Of a stretch of 59,645 nucleotides of DNA, positions 31,328-44,257 are shown piece by piece (the first letter of the stretch is position 1; the number at the start of each line of letters is the position of its first letter). The notes beneath the pieces are model-generated. The model ran no database searches. It saw only the letters and a program-made list of their open reading frames with translations, and was not told the DNA's origin. The stretch is from positions 1 through 59,645 of the forward strand of contig JBGPFC010000026.1 of assembly GCA_041483195.1 (NCBI GenBank), written 5' to 3'. The translations under genes were made by a program, and so were the position numbers. Source of the stretch: Candidatus Eiseniibacteriota bacterium. GTDB taxonomy: Bacteria > Eisenbacteria > RBG-16-71-46.

Positions 31328-33151
31328 TCAGGCCGCTTCGCTGAGCCGCCGCTCCATGTCGAGCGGCACGCGAATCACGAAAGCGCTGCCCTTGCCGACC
31401 TTGCTGGTCACGCTGATCGTCCCGCCGTGCGCCTCGACGATGCCGCGCGTGATCGAGAGCCCGAGTCCGAGTCCCGGCTTGTTGAACTCGAGGGAGCCGA
31501 AGCCGGGGTGGGTATCGACCTCGTTGAGGAGGAATGCATTCTTGAAGATGGCATCCAACGCCTCCTCCGCGATCCCGACGCCGTTGTCGCGAACCTCGAG
31601 CGCCAGCTCGCCGTCCTTCACGCGCGGGATCACGTCGACGCGCCCGCCGTCGGGGGTGAAGCGGATCCCGTTCGCGATCAGGTTGCTGATCGCCTGGGTG
31701 AGCATGCCGGCGTCCACCCGCCCGGCCCCGAGCGCCGGACCTTCGCGCCGCTTCACCTCGACGTCGCGGTTCGTCGCCTGCGCGACCGCCATGCCCATCG
31801 CGGCGTCGACGAGGCTCGATAGGTCCTGCTCCTCGCGCTGGATCGTCACACGGTCGCCCCGCACCTGAGCCATGAGGGTCGCGTCGTCTGCGACCTTCAG
31901 CAGGTTGCTGAGGCTGTCGTGAATGCCGGTGAGCGCCTGCTTCTGGTGGGGCTGCAGCGCGCCCAGCGTGCCGTCCGCGAGCAGGTCGCAGTAGCCGCGG
32001 ATCACGCTGATCGGCGAACGCAGCGCCTGCGAGGCGACGCTGATGAAACTGCTCTTCAGGCGCGTCGCCTCCTCGAGACCGCTCACGTATGCGCGTTCCT
32101 GCTGGCGCATGATCAGGAAGCGTTCCGCGAGATAGCCGATCTCGTCGCGTCCCCTGACCTCGATCGGGAATTCGTAGTTGCCGCGTTCCATCTCGTGCGC
32201 GCCCTCAACGAGGCGCTTGAGCGGCCGCGTGATGCGCTCCGAGAAGATGAATCCGGCCGCCAGCGCGAAGGCGACCGCGAGCAGGCCGAGCAGCACGAGG
32301 CGCCCCTGCATCTGCTTCAGGAACGAGATCTCGGGGTCGGCCGAGCGCTGCATGACGTAGAGCTGGCGGCGCGCAGGATCGCCGCGCGGGATGGGCCGGA
32401 CCACCGTGAAATAGGTGTTCACCGGGCCATGGATCTCGGTGATCCCGGTCTGCGAGAAGTCTCCGTCGTGCTGGGCGCCGATCCCGTCGAGCGCCTCCAA
32501 CAGCGTCGCGCGATCGGCATCGTTGTCGAGCGTGCTGCCGGTCACGACGTCGCCCGAGACGAACGTCACCTCGCTCCGCGTCTCGTTGCGCAGCTCGCGG
32601 GCCATCTCCGGCCCGAGGCTCGAGCCCAGGATCAGGGCGCCCACCACCACCTTGTCGGCGAGCACCGGCATCACGACGACCTGGAACTGTACACGGCCCT
32701 CCACGAGCAGGCCGGAGGTCATCACGCCGCCGATGGCGCTCGTCACGAACGGCTTGCGCGCATCGGGGAGCGAGATCGAGCGCCCGGTCGACGCGAGCAT
32801 GCGCCCGCGGCGGTCCACGACCTCGAACAGGTCGGTGCGCGTGATCTTCTGGAAGTCGCGCGCCATCCCCTTCACGGTGCGCCGGTAGCGGCCGTCGCGC
32901 TGCGATTCGCGCAGGCCGACCAGCGAGAAGAAGCGCGGGTCCTGGACGATGACGCGCGCCGCGGTGCCCAGCGCGTCGGAGCGCGCCATCAGCATGCTCT
33001 CGAACACCGACGAGGAGCGCTCGAGGCTCTCGTGGATGCTCGATGTGTTGACGTGGTGCGACACGTCGACGTGGACGGTCCACAGGCTGGCGAGCCCGAG
33101 CGTGAGCGGCGTCAGCAGCGTGACGAAGAGAATCTTCCAGCGGAGTCCCAT
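31328..33151 (-). CDS. Membrane sensor histidine kinase-like protein (Cache-HAMP-HisKA-HATPase) lacking the phosphoacceptor His
   Basis: Two TMs; HAMP (ITRPL..RDEIGYL); H-box reads ASQALRSP; N, G1 and G2 boxes NLIANG, DNGVGI, GLGLGLSI are present. Confidence 0.88.
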   Translation of the reverse strand: MGLRWKILFVTLLTPLTLGLASLWTVHVDVSHHVNTSSIHESLERSSSVFESMLMARSDALGTAARVIVQDPRFFSLVGLRESQRDGRYRRTVKGMARDFQKITRTDLFEVVDRRGRMLASTGRSISLPDARKPFVTSAIGGVMTSGLLVEGRVQFQVVVMPVLADKVVVGALILGSSLGPEMARELRNETRSEVTFVSGDVVTGSTLDNDADRATLLEALDGIGAQHDGDFSQTGITEIHGPVNTYFTVVRPIPRGDPARRQLYVMQRSADPEISFLKQMQGRLVLLGLLAVAFALAAGFIFSERITRPLKRLVEGAHEMERGNYEFPIEVRGRDEIGYLAERFLIMRQQERAYVSGLEEATRLKSSFISVASQALRSPISVIRGYCDLLADGTLGALQPHQKQALTGIHDSLSNLLKVADDATLMAQVRGDRVTIQREEQDLSSLVDAAMGMAVAQATNRDVEVKRREGPALGAGRVDAGMLTQAISNLIANGIRFTPDGGRVDVIPRVKDGELALEVRDNGVGIAEEALDAIFKNAFLLNEVDTHPGFGSLEFNKPGLGLGLSITRGIVEAHGGTISVTSKVGKGSAFVIRVPLDMERRLSEAA

Positions 33152-33153
33152 GG

Positions 33154-33789
33154 CTAGAATCTGAGTTCCAGGTCCACGTTGCCCTTCTTCTTCACGTCGA
33201 ACGCGCGCGTGATGGTGCCCATGCGCGGGTGCCAGACCTTGAGCGTGTAGGATCCGACCGGCAGCTTCGGCAGCTTGAAGCGGCCGAGCGAATCCGGCCG
33301 GGTGAAGATGTGATTGGGAACCGCCACGACGAATCCCGCCTCGCTCGGGTGGATGTCGCAGTGCAGGTTGACGATCCCCGCGTTGTCGAACACGATCGGC
33401 GTGACGAACCCCGGCGCGTACTTGCCGAGGTCGAAGCGCTTCGCCGGCGAGACGCTGAACGTGTTGTGGTAGACGCGATCCAGGTTCTCGATCTCCACGG
33501 TGTCGCCGATCGCGACCGCGAGCACCCGCGGCGTGAACGCGAGCCTCTGCTGGACGATGTGAAGCTTGGCCTTGTGGGCTTTCTTCGCGAGCTTCTTCTC
33601 GAGCTTCGCCGGCGCGTCCTCCAGATACACGACGGCGTCGGCGTACCGCCCATCGTCATCTGGCGCGCGACTCACGGCCGCCGAGGCGAGGCCCGGAGGG
33701 TGCAGCGTTCCGCGCACCGGCCCCCGGGCGAAGCAGGGCGGCGCCGCGCAGCACATCAGCAGCAGGATGGCGATCGTCCGACGTGTCAT
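33154..33789 (-). CDS. Secreted cupredoxin-like / carboxypeptidase-regulatory-like domain protein
   Basis: Signal peptide; DAVVYL, F.PRVL..GDTV..N.D..YHNTFS, FDLGKY, HCDIHPSE, G.YTLKVWHP. Confidence 0.82.
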   Translation of the reverse strand: MTRRTIAILLLMCCAAPPCFARGPVRGTLHPPGLASAAVSRAPDDDGRYADAVVYLEDAPAKLEKKLAKKAHKAKLHIVQQRLAFTPRVLAVAIGDTVEIENLDRVYHNTFSVSPAKRFDLGKYAPGFVTPIVFDNAGIVNLHCDIHPSEAGFVVAVPNHIFTRPDSLGRFKLPKLPVGSYTLKVWHPRMGTITRAFDVKKKGNVDLELRF

Positions 33790-33875
33790 GTATGCCTCAC
33801 CCGGTCTCGAGCTCCGGGTTCCCTCGTGCGCTCCGTCCGATGCCTGCGATCCGATGAAGTCTCTTCCCCGCATAG

Positions 33876-33903
33876 GTTTCGGCGCCATGCGGTCCCTGCT
33901 TGA
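33876..33903 (-). promoter_or_regulatory. Sigma-28 (FliA/WhiG)-like promoter
   Basis: TCAA-N16-GCCGAAAC on the minus strand, upstream of the cupredoxin/kinase operon. Confidence 0.6.
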
Positions 33904-33996
33904 GCGCGATGATGTGGAACGCCGCTCCGCGAGCGGCGGGCGCGGCGGCCGGGCTCCGAGCGCACCTGTGCTCGATCGGCCCCGCGGCTCGCCCGT

Positions 33997-35466
33997 TCAT
34001 GCCGCCAGCAGATCCGCGGCGTTGCCCTGGAACTCGTCGGGCCGCATCACGCGTGCGACCCGCTCTTCCTGGGGCATGGGGTCCCAGGTCTGCACCTCCC
34101 GCTCCCCGGGGACCTGGCCGTCGGGTCGCGCGAGCACACGGCAGAATGGGCGCCTGAGGTCGGCGGGGTTGGGGCTGAGGCTGAGCGCGGTGTGACCGGA
34201 ATCCGTGAGCAGCACGGTCCCGGCCGGGTAGAGGCCGACGGTCTTCACGAGGGCCCACAGCACGGCGGGATCGAAGTGCGCGCGGTCCGGGCCCATCAGG
34301 TGCTGCAGGCCCTCGTGGGCCGTGAGCGCGCGGGCCCGGTACTCCCGATGCGCCGTGATGGCGTCGAAGCAGTCGGCGACCGCCACGATGCGCGCGAACG
34401 TCACCGGCAGCCGACCGCTCGGCGCGACCGGATAGCCGGAATGGTCGAGGTTCATGTGGTGCTGGAAGCAGACGCGCATCATGTCGAGGGTCAGCGTCGA
34501 AAGCCCGGGCATGCGCGCGACCATCTTCACGCCCTCGATCGGGTGGCGCCGCACCTGCACCCATTCACCCGCGTCGAGCGCGCCGGGTTTGTGCAGCACC
34601 CCCGCCGGCACCGCGATCTTTCCGATGTCGTGGAGCAGGGAGGCGACGCCCAGGTTGGCGAGCGCGCTTCGCGAGAGACCCAGCGCCTGGCCCATGCCGA
34701 TCGAGAGCACGCTCACGTTGACGCAGTGCGCGTAGGTGTACTCGTCGTGATCCTTGAGGGCGGTGAGTCCGAGGATCGAATACTCGTTCTTCATGATGTT
34801 GTCGACCAGCGGCTGCACGAGCCGGCGCGCCTGGCGCAGCGCGGGACGGCCGGTCTGAGCGGTGCGCAGCAGCATCGCGCGGGTGCCCACGACGGCGCGC
34901 CAGTAGGTCTGGCGGGCGCGCTGGCGGACGCCAGACGGATCGCCTGCCTCCTGCTCCTCCTCCTGCTGGCTTCCGTGATCGTCAGGGCGCAGATCCCGCG
35001 CCCGGACTGGAATCACGTGAAGCACGCCGGCGGCGGGCAGCTCGTCTGGCAATTGCTCCCCGCGCTCCGGGTTGCGCGCCGCGAGAAACTGCTTCAGGAA
35101 CGTCTCGAGCTCGTCGGCGCTGATGCCCCGCAGGAAGCGAACGGCACCGAGCGCGCGGCATTCGAACTCCGCGAACAGCACGTGGAAGATCGAGAGCTTC
35201 GACGCCTGAGCCTTGAGCCGCACCCCGTTGAGATAGAAGTAGTCGCCCATCGCCACCAGCGTGGTCTCTTCCTCCTGCATCGCGGCCACGACGACTTCCA
35301 TGAAGTCCTGCAGCTGGCGCTGGTAGGCCTGATTGGAGCGGTTGTAGAGCCGCGCGGCGCGCAGCAGCCCCTGGAATCGAACCACCAGCTCGGGCCCGAC
35401 CGCGCGCTCACGCGCGCCGTCGTCGTCGCCGAGCATGTGCCGGAGCGTGCGCCTGGAATCAGCCAT
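33997..35466 (-). CDS. HD-GYP domain phosphodiesterase (copy 1)
   Basis: HDEYTYAHCVNV, LLHDIGK, RRHP, QHHMNLDHSGYP, AVADCFDA. Confidence 0.9.
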   Translation of the reverse strand: MADSRRTLRHMLGDDDGARERAVGPELVVRFQGLLRAARLYNRSNQAYQRQLQDFMEVVVAAMQEEETTLVAMGDYFYLNGVRLKAQASKLSIFHVLFAEFECRALGAVRFLRGISADELETFLKQFLAARNPERGEQLPDELPAAGVLHVIPVRARDLRPDDHGSQQEEEQEAGDPSGVRQRARQTYWRAVVGTRAMLLRTAQTGRPALRQARRLVQPLVDNIMKNEYSILGLTALKDHDEYTYAHCVNVSVLSIGMGQALGLSRSALANLGVASLLHDIGKIAVPAGVLHKPGALDAGEWVQVRRHPIEGVKMVARMPGLSTLTLDMMRVCFQHHMNLDHSGYPVAPSGRLPVTFARIVAVADCFDAITAHREYRARALTAHEGLQHLMGPDRAHFDPAVLWALVKTVGLYPAGTVLLTDSGHTALSLSPNPADLRRPFCRVLARPDGQVPGEREVQTWDPMPQEERVARVMRPDEFQGNAADLLAA

Positions 35467-37267
35467 TGGGGTGGAATCCCTCGAGCGCGCTCTGGCACGC
35501 CTGTTTGACCGGGGCCCGCCGCGAGGACGCGCCGCGCTGGAGCGTGGACCGCGCCGCCTCGGTGCCGATGCGGGCGATGCAGCGCGCGATCGCCTGCAGG
35601 CGAGGGTCGGGCTTGAGCGCGAGCCAGTTGCCCTTGTGCAGCTCCGCCTCCAGCTCCGGGATCAGATCATCCGCGGCGGTGGAGCCGAGCGCCAGATAGA
35701 TCGCGTGGCGTTCGTCCGCCGGACGCGCGTCGAATCCGGGATCCTGAAGCAGCCGGGCGATCCGGCGCGCGGTGTTCGCGTCGCGCGCGGCGGAGAGCTG
35801 GTGCAGCACCGAGCTGAAGACGTGAGCGTCCGCGACGTCCAGCATCTCGAGCAGCAACGGCCGCGCCCGTTCGACGCTCACCTGCTCCAGTGCCGCGACC
35901 ACCTCGCGGCGAACCCGCGGCTCGGGGTGGGCCGCGGCCGGACGCAGCAGGCCGGCGATCGCGTCACCCCCGATCCAGCTCAGGATCTGAACCGCGTTGC
36001 GGACGACGTACCACCTCGAGTCGGAGAGCCATGGCGCGATCCGCTCCGGGTTGTCCTTCACCAGCTCGGAGACGAGCTTCGCCACCGTGCGACGCGCGCG
36101 CTCCTGCTGGCTCTCGCCCAGCACCCGCATCAGCCATTCCGCGGCCGGCGGTCCCAGGTCGTCCGCCAGCGCGAGGAACTCCTGCAGGCCCCGCGTGTCC
36201 TGCTGATCGAGCTGCGCCACCGCGCCCGAGGTCGTGACCGAGGTGGGAAGCTCCAGCTCGTGAACGAATGCCGCGGCCGACCATTCCGGGCTCACGCAGC
36301 GATTCAGCAGGGCGAGCGCCACCCGTCCCTCGTTCCACAATCCGAGCCCGACCGCTTCGTGCAACACCCGCGGGAGGAATCGCGCGAGCTCGACGCGGTC
36401 CTGTTCCCCGGCGCCCGAGTCGAGGCAATCGCTCATCAGCGCGAGCGTCGAGCTCACCGTGGTGAGCTTGTATTCGGAACGGAACTCCTGCTGGAATCGC
36501 CCGGTCAACCCTTCGGACTCCGCTTCGATCTTCGCGAACTCGACCTCGAGATCGCCGGGGATCACGCCGGTCGCGCGATCGTCGGACCGGGTGGTCGTGG
36601 CGGAACCGTCGCCCGTGGATGGCGCCGCGCCCGGCGCCGCGCCTGGCGCCGCGCCCGGCGCTCCGCCGCCCGCGCCACCGCCCGCGCCACCGCCCGCTCC
36701 GCCCCCCGTCTTCGCGGGCCACGGCGCGACCGGCGCATCGTCGAGCGGCGGCTCGTCGCCGCCGCCGCCGCCTTCCACGTCGCCATCGGTCGAGACGAAG
36801 TCCACGTCGACGTGCGTCAGATGGGCGTCCCAGAGCAGGGTGACGAGATCCTCGTCGCCGGCCTCGCGCGAAGTCACCCGCAGCAGCCGGTCGACCAGCG
36901 CCTCGACCTCCGCGGGCTCGATACCCGGGGAGAACGTGATCGCGCGAATCCCGTCGCGGAAGAAGGGGAGCGCGACGTTGTCCTCGCGCGAGCGCGCCGG
37001 GTGCAGCGAGACCTCGCCGAGCATCACGTCGCTGGAGGTAAACGACAGTCTCACCGGCCCGTGCGCCTCGAGCATGAGGGAAAGGGTCGAAGCGAGATCC
37101 TCCCGGAAGCGCACCACCGTCGGATTGGCGCGATCGTAGAGCCGGCAGGTCTTCAGCGTTCGTCCGAGCTGAGTCACCCAGGCGGCGGCAGCGCGGGACG
37201 GCCCCGTCTCGGGCGCCGCCTGAGGGGGAGGGGAAACACTCCGGCTGGGATTCCGTTCCTCGGCCAT
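35459..37267 (-). CDS. HEAT-repeat protein (copy 1)
   Basis: DSRWYVVRNAV.ILSWIG, HPEPRVRREVV HEAT repeats; overlaps the HD-GYP start by 8 nt. Confidence 0.85.
   Translation of the reverse strand: MAEERNPSRSVSPPPQAAPETGPSRAAAAWVTQLGRTLKTCRLYDRANPTVVRFREDLASTLSLMLEAHGPVRLSFTSSDVMLGEVSLHPARSREDNVALPFFRDGIRAITFSPGIEPAEVEALVDRLLRVTSREAGDEDLVTLLWDAHLTHVDVDFVSTDGDVEGGGGGDEPPLDDAPVAPWPAKTGGGAGGGAGGGAGGGAPGAAPGAAPGAAPSTGDGSATTTRSDDRATGVIPGDLEVEFAKIEAESEGLTGRFQQEFRSEYKLTTVSSTLALMSDCLDSGAGEQDRVELARFLPRVLHEAVGLGLWNEGRVALALLNRCVSPEWSAAAFVHELELPTSVTTSGAVAQLDQQDTRGLQEFLALADDLGPPAAEWLMRVLGESQQERARRTVAKLVSELVKDNPERIAPWLSDSRWYVVRNAVQILSWIGGDAIAGLLRPAAAHPEPRVRREVVAALEQVSVERARPLLLEMLDVADAHVFSSVLHQLSAARDANTARRIARLLQDPGFDARPADERHAIYLALGSTAADDLIPELEAELHKGNWLALKPDPRLQAIARCIARIGTEAARSTLQRGASSRRAPVKQACQSALEGFHPNG
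36621..36707. repeat. In-frame 12-bp tandem repeats (GGGA x4, PGAA x3)
   Basis: GGCGCCGCGCC(C/T) x3 followed by CC(A/G)CCGCCCGC(G/T)-type units, inside HEAT copy 1. Confidence 0.75.
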
Positions 37268-37315
37268 AATGGGGTGCGCATCGCCGACGCGGATCGTCGT
37301 CGATGGGCAATGATG

Positions 37316-37343
37316 CTATCGGCATTACGGACGCCGGAGTTGA
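37316..37343 (-). promoter_or_regulatory. Sigma-28-like promoter of HEAT/HD-GYP copy 1
   Basis: TCAA-N16-GCCGATAG on the minus strand. Confidence 0.65.
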
Positions 37344-37373
37344 GCGCCGGATCGCGCCGCGGAACGGACCCTG

Positions 37374-40682
<3,309 letters not shown>

Positions 40683-40831
40683 GGACGGCGGTTCCTCCAT
40701 CATTCGAAGTGAACGGTACGGGGCGCGGCAGTGTCGTCGCGCGCCCGGGGCGCGGTCAACCTCTGGTGGCCCAACGGGGCCGTTCCGCGCACGGACGCGG
40801 GTGGGCGCGCCGGCCGCCCCGGGGTTTGCCA

Positions 40832-40859
40832 TCAAGGCGTTCGCCCCGCGCGCCGATAA
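40832..40859 (+). promoter_or_regulatory. Sigma-28-like promoter of HEAT/HD-GYP copy 2
   Basis: TCAA-N16-GCCGATAA; the -10 element is a perfect match to the FliA consensus. Confidence 0.7.
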
Positions 40860-40917
40860 TCCCCGTGTCTTCCGTAATGCCCTCGGTCCCGATCGTCTGG
40901 AGCTCGAACTCCCTCCC

Positions 40918-42660
40918 ATGAACGCAACTGCCCGCGCCGATCGCGAGGCGCCGCCCGAACCGCGCTCGCCGGAGCAGGAAGCCACCCTGAAGGCGGCTTC
41001 GGCGTGGCTCCAGCAGCTTGCGCGCACGCTCAAGACCTGCCGGCTCTACGACGCGAGCAACCCCACCGTCGTCCGCTTTCGCACCGAGCTCGGCGTCGCG
41101 CTGCGCAAGGTGCTCGACGAGCATGGGCCGCTCCGCTATCGATTCACCTCCGACGACGTGTTCTTCGACGAGGCTTCGATTTACCCGGCGCGTTCGCGCG
41201 ACGACAACCTCGCGCTGGCATTCTATCGCGACGGGGTGCGCGGCATCACGTTCCTGCCCGGCATCGAGCCGCGCGAGATCGACGTCCTGATCGAAGCGGT
41301 GCTGCTCGTGTCCGGGCAGAACTTCGGAGAGGACGACCTCATCACGCTGCTGTGGGAGGCGCAACTCCCGCACCTCGAGGTGGACTACGTCCCGGCCGAA
41401 GGCGAAGTCGGCGGCGCGAGCGCGCCGGACGACGGCACGCCGCTGATGCCATGGCCCACCGCCGCGGTCGAGGAGACCGCCGCCGACGAGACCCATTCCG
41501 CCGCGACCGCCGCCGAGAGCCCGCACGCCGGCGCGGAATCGCGCTCCGACGACTGGAACGCCGGGGATCTCACCGTCGAGATCGAGGCGGGCTTCGAAGA
41601 GCTCGAGTCGCTCTCGACGAGCGAGGTCGCGCGGTTCCGCGACGAGTTCCGCGCCGAGCACGAGGTGCCCACCGTGACCGCGACCATCGCCGTCGCGTAC
41701 GCCTACAACGCGGCCGGCGCCGGTCCCGACGATCGCGCCGAGCTCGCGCGCTTCGCGCCGCGGCTGCTGCGCCAGGCGGTCACCCACGGCAGCTGGCTCG
41801 AGGCCCGCGAGGCGCTGCTGCTGCTGCGGCAGTGCGGGACCGGCGAGTGGTCGATGGAGACCTTCGCGCAGGAGCTGTTGCAGCCAATCTCGATCTCGAG
41901 CGCTGTCGAGAAGCTCGACCAGCAGGAAGGTCCGGCGGTGCTCGAGTTCATCACGTTCGCGCGGGAGCTCGGCGATCCGTCCGTGGACTGGCTCAATCTG
42001 GTGCTCGCCGAGTCGCAGAGCCGCCGCAATCGCAAGCTGCTCGCCGAGGCGATCGCAGAGCTTTGCCGGTCGAACCCGGAGCGGCTCGCCCCGTGGATCT
42101 CCGACCCGCGCTGGTTCGTGGTCCGCAACATCGTCCACATCCTGGGCTGGATCGGCGGGAGCGGCACGATCGGGATGCTCCAGTCGGCGATCCGTCATCC
42201 CGACATCCGCGTGCGGCAGGAAGTCATCTCGGCGCTCGGACAGGTGGAGCCCAGGCTCGCGCGCCCGCTGCTGGTGCGCATGCTGGATGGCGCGGACCCG
42301 CGCATGTTCTGCGGCGTGCTCCACCAGCTCGCGACCGAACGCGACGCGGGGACCGCGCGGCTCATGCTGAACTACCTGCAGGATCCGAACTTCGAAACGC
42401 GCTCGCCCGAGGAACGCCACGCCATCTACGCCACGCTCTCCGCGACCGGGGGCGACGAGAGCATCCCGGATCTCGAGGCCGAGCTGCACAAGGGCAACTG
42501 GTTCGCCCACAACCAGGAGATCCACCGCGCCTCGGTGGCGCGGATCCTCGCGCGGATCGCGACGCCGCTGGCGCGCATGGTGCTCGAGCGCGGCGCGCAA
42601 TCGAAGCGGGCTCCGATTCGCAAGGCATGCGAGGAAGCGCTCATGGGATTCCCGACATGA
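40918..42660 (+). CDS. HEAT-repeat protein (copy 2)
   Basis: Colinear paralog of 35459-37267 (RTLKTCRLYD..NPTVVRFR, NPER.APW.SD.RW.VVRN, LEAELHKGNW). Confidence 0.87.
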   Translation: MNATARADREAPPEPRSPEQEATLKAASAWLQQLARTLKTCRLYDASNPTVVRFRTELGVALRKVLDEHGPLRYRFTSDDVFFDEASIYPARSRDDNLALAFYRDGVRGITFLPGIEPREIDVLIEAVLLVSGQNFGEDDLITLLWEAQLPHLEVDYVPAEGEVGGASAPDDGTPLMPWPTAAVEETAADETHSAATAAESPHAGAESRSDDWNAGDLTVEIEAGFEELESLSTSEVARFRDEFRAEHEVPTVTATIAVAYAYNAAGAGPDDRAELARFAPRLLRQAVTHGSWLEAREALLLLRQCGTGEWSMETFAQELLQPISISSAVEKLDQQEGPAVLEFITFARELGDPSVDWLNLVLAESQSRRNRKLLAEAIAELCRSNPERLAPWISDPRWFVVRNIVHILGWIGGSGTIGMLQSAIRHPDIRVRQEVISALGQVEPRLARPLLVRMLDGADPRMFCGVLHQLATERDAGTARLMLNYLQDPNFETRSPEERHAIYATLSATGGDESIPDLEAELHKGNWFAHNQEIHRASVARILARIATPLARMVLERGAQSKRAPIRKACEEALMGFPT

Positions 42661-44114
42661 TCGATCCGGTTCCCGCGAACGACTCCGATCGCGGCGAGAG
42701 CCAGCTGCTGGTCGAGCTGGGTCCGCAGCTGCTGGTGCGGCTGGCGGCGATGCTGCGCACCGCCCGCACCTACGACGTCACGAACCAGGCGTTCCGGCGA
42801 CAGCTCGAAGACTGCCTCGCGCTCATCACGCGCGGGCTCGACGAGGAAGACGAGCTCGCGCTGGTCGCGGTCGCCGACTACTTCTACTTGAACGGGGTGC
42901 GCATCAAGGCGCAGGCTTCGCTGCTCTCGGTGTACCACTCGCTGATGACCGAGTTCGAGCGCCGCTCGCTGGGCGGCCTGCGATTCCAGCAGGGAGTCTC
43001 GCCGGCCGAGTTCGAGCGCTTCCTCCAGCTGTTCATGGCGGCCGAGGATCCCGCGCTCGCCGAGCACCTGCCCGAGGCGGTGGTCGAGGCCAGCATCGAG
43101 CACATCGTGGCGGTGGGAGCGGTGGAGCTCGACGAAGACGACATCACCCGCTCGCTCGAGGAGAAGAAGGACACGGGCTCGGAGCGCGGACGCGCGAAGC
43201 GCGTGTTCTGGCGCACCGTGCTCGGCACCAAGAAGATCGTGCTGCGCGCCAAGCAGACCGGGCGTCCCGACCTGCGCCACGCGAAGCGACTCGTGCAGCC
43301 GGTCGTGGACAGCATCATGAAGCACGAGTACTCGATCGTCGGACTCACGGCGCTCAAGGACCACGACGAGTACACGTACGCCCACTGCGTGAACGTGAGC
43401 ATTCTCTCGGTGAGCATGGGGCAGGTGCTCGGCCTGTCGCGCCAGACGCTCGCCGATCTCGGCGTCGCCGCGCTGCTCCACGACATCGGCAAGATGGCGG
43501 TGCCGGCCGAGGTGCTGCGCAAGCCTGCCGCACTCACCGCTGAGGAGTGGGGCATGGTCCGCCGTCACCCGCTCGAGGGCGTGAAGATGATGATCCGCAT
43601 GCCCGGGCTCTCGACACTCATGCTCGACTCGATGCGCGTGTGCCTGGAGCATCACATGAACTTCGATCGCACCGGCTATCCCGAGGTCGCGGTCGAGTGG
43701 GGCCAGGCCACCCTGTCACGCATCGTGGCGGTGGCCGACTGCTTCGACGCGATCACCGCGCACCGCGCCTATCACAAGCGGCCCCGCACCGCGTTCGAGG
43801 GCCTTCAATACCTCATGGGTCCGACGCGCGTCTCGTTCGATCCGGCGGTGCTGTGGGCGCTGGCGAAGACCGTGGGTCTCTACCCCGCCGGCTCGGTGCT
43901 GGTGACGAGCTCCGGCCACGTCGTGCTCGCGCTCAGCCCCAATCACGTCGACATCCGCCGGCCCAACTGCCGCGTGCTGGTGCGGCCCGACGGCGCGATG
44001 GAGCCCGACGAGAACGCAGAGCTCTGGAACCCGATGCCGGAGACCGAGAGCGTGGTACGCGTGCTGAGGCCGGAAGAGCATTCGGTCAACACCGGAGAGC
44101 TGCTCGCCGCCTGA
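42657..44114 (+). CDS. HD-GYP domain phosphodiesterase (copy 2)
   Basis: ATGA overlap with the HEAT gene; HDEYTYAHCVNV, HDIGK, EHHMNFDRTGYP; paralog of 33997-35466. Confidence 0.9.
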   Translation: MIDPVPANDSDRGESQLLVELGPQLLVRLAAMLRTARTYDVTNQAFRRQLEDCLALITRGLDEEDELALVAVADYFYLNGVRIKAQASLLSVYHSLMTEFERRSLGGLRFQQGVSPAEFERFLQLFMAAEDPALAEHLPEAVVEASIEHIVAVGAVELDEDDITRSLEEKKDTGSERGRAKRVFWRTVLGTKKIVLRAKQTGRPDLRHAKRLVQPVVDSIMKHEYSIVGLTALKDHDEYTYAHCVNVSILSVSMGQVLGLSRQTLADLGVAALLHDIGKMAVPAEVLRKPAALTAEEWGMVRRHPLEGVKMMIRMPGLSTLMLDSMRVCLEHHMNFDRTGYPEVAVEWGQATLSRIVAVADCFDAITAHRAYHKRPRTAFEGLQYLMGPTRVSFDPAVLWALAKTVGLYPAGSVLVTSSGHVVLALSPNHVDIRRPNCRVLVRPDGAMEPDENAELWNPMPETESVVRVLRPEEHSVNTGELLAA

Positions 44115-44141
44115 TCGGCCCCGCACATTTCGCGCTCGAAG

Positions 44142-44183
44142 ACACGAACGGGCGGCGTCTCCATGACGCCGCCCGCCGTGTTT
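44142..44183. terminator. Hairpin terminator between convergent genes
   Basis: CGGGCGGCGTC-tccat-GACGCCGCCCG stem, extended by ACACG/CGTGT and followed by a short T run. Confidence 0.7.
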
Positions 44184-44257
44184 CGGTGAGTCCGTCTGCG
44201 CAGCCTTGGACGCTCCCCGTCTCCAACCGCGCCGGGAACGAACTCACACGCCTGAGA

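Noticed and set aside
41004..44114. 1036-aa fused ORF from the track
   Set aside because: The first 551 codons are an off-frame shadow of the HEAT gene; the real HD-GYP starts at the ATGA overlap at 42657.
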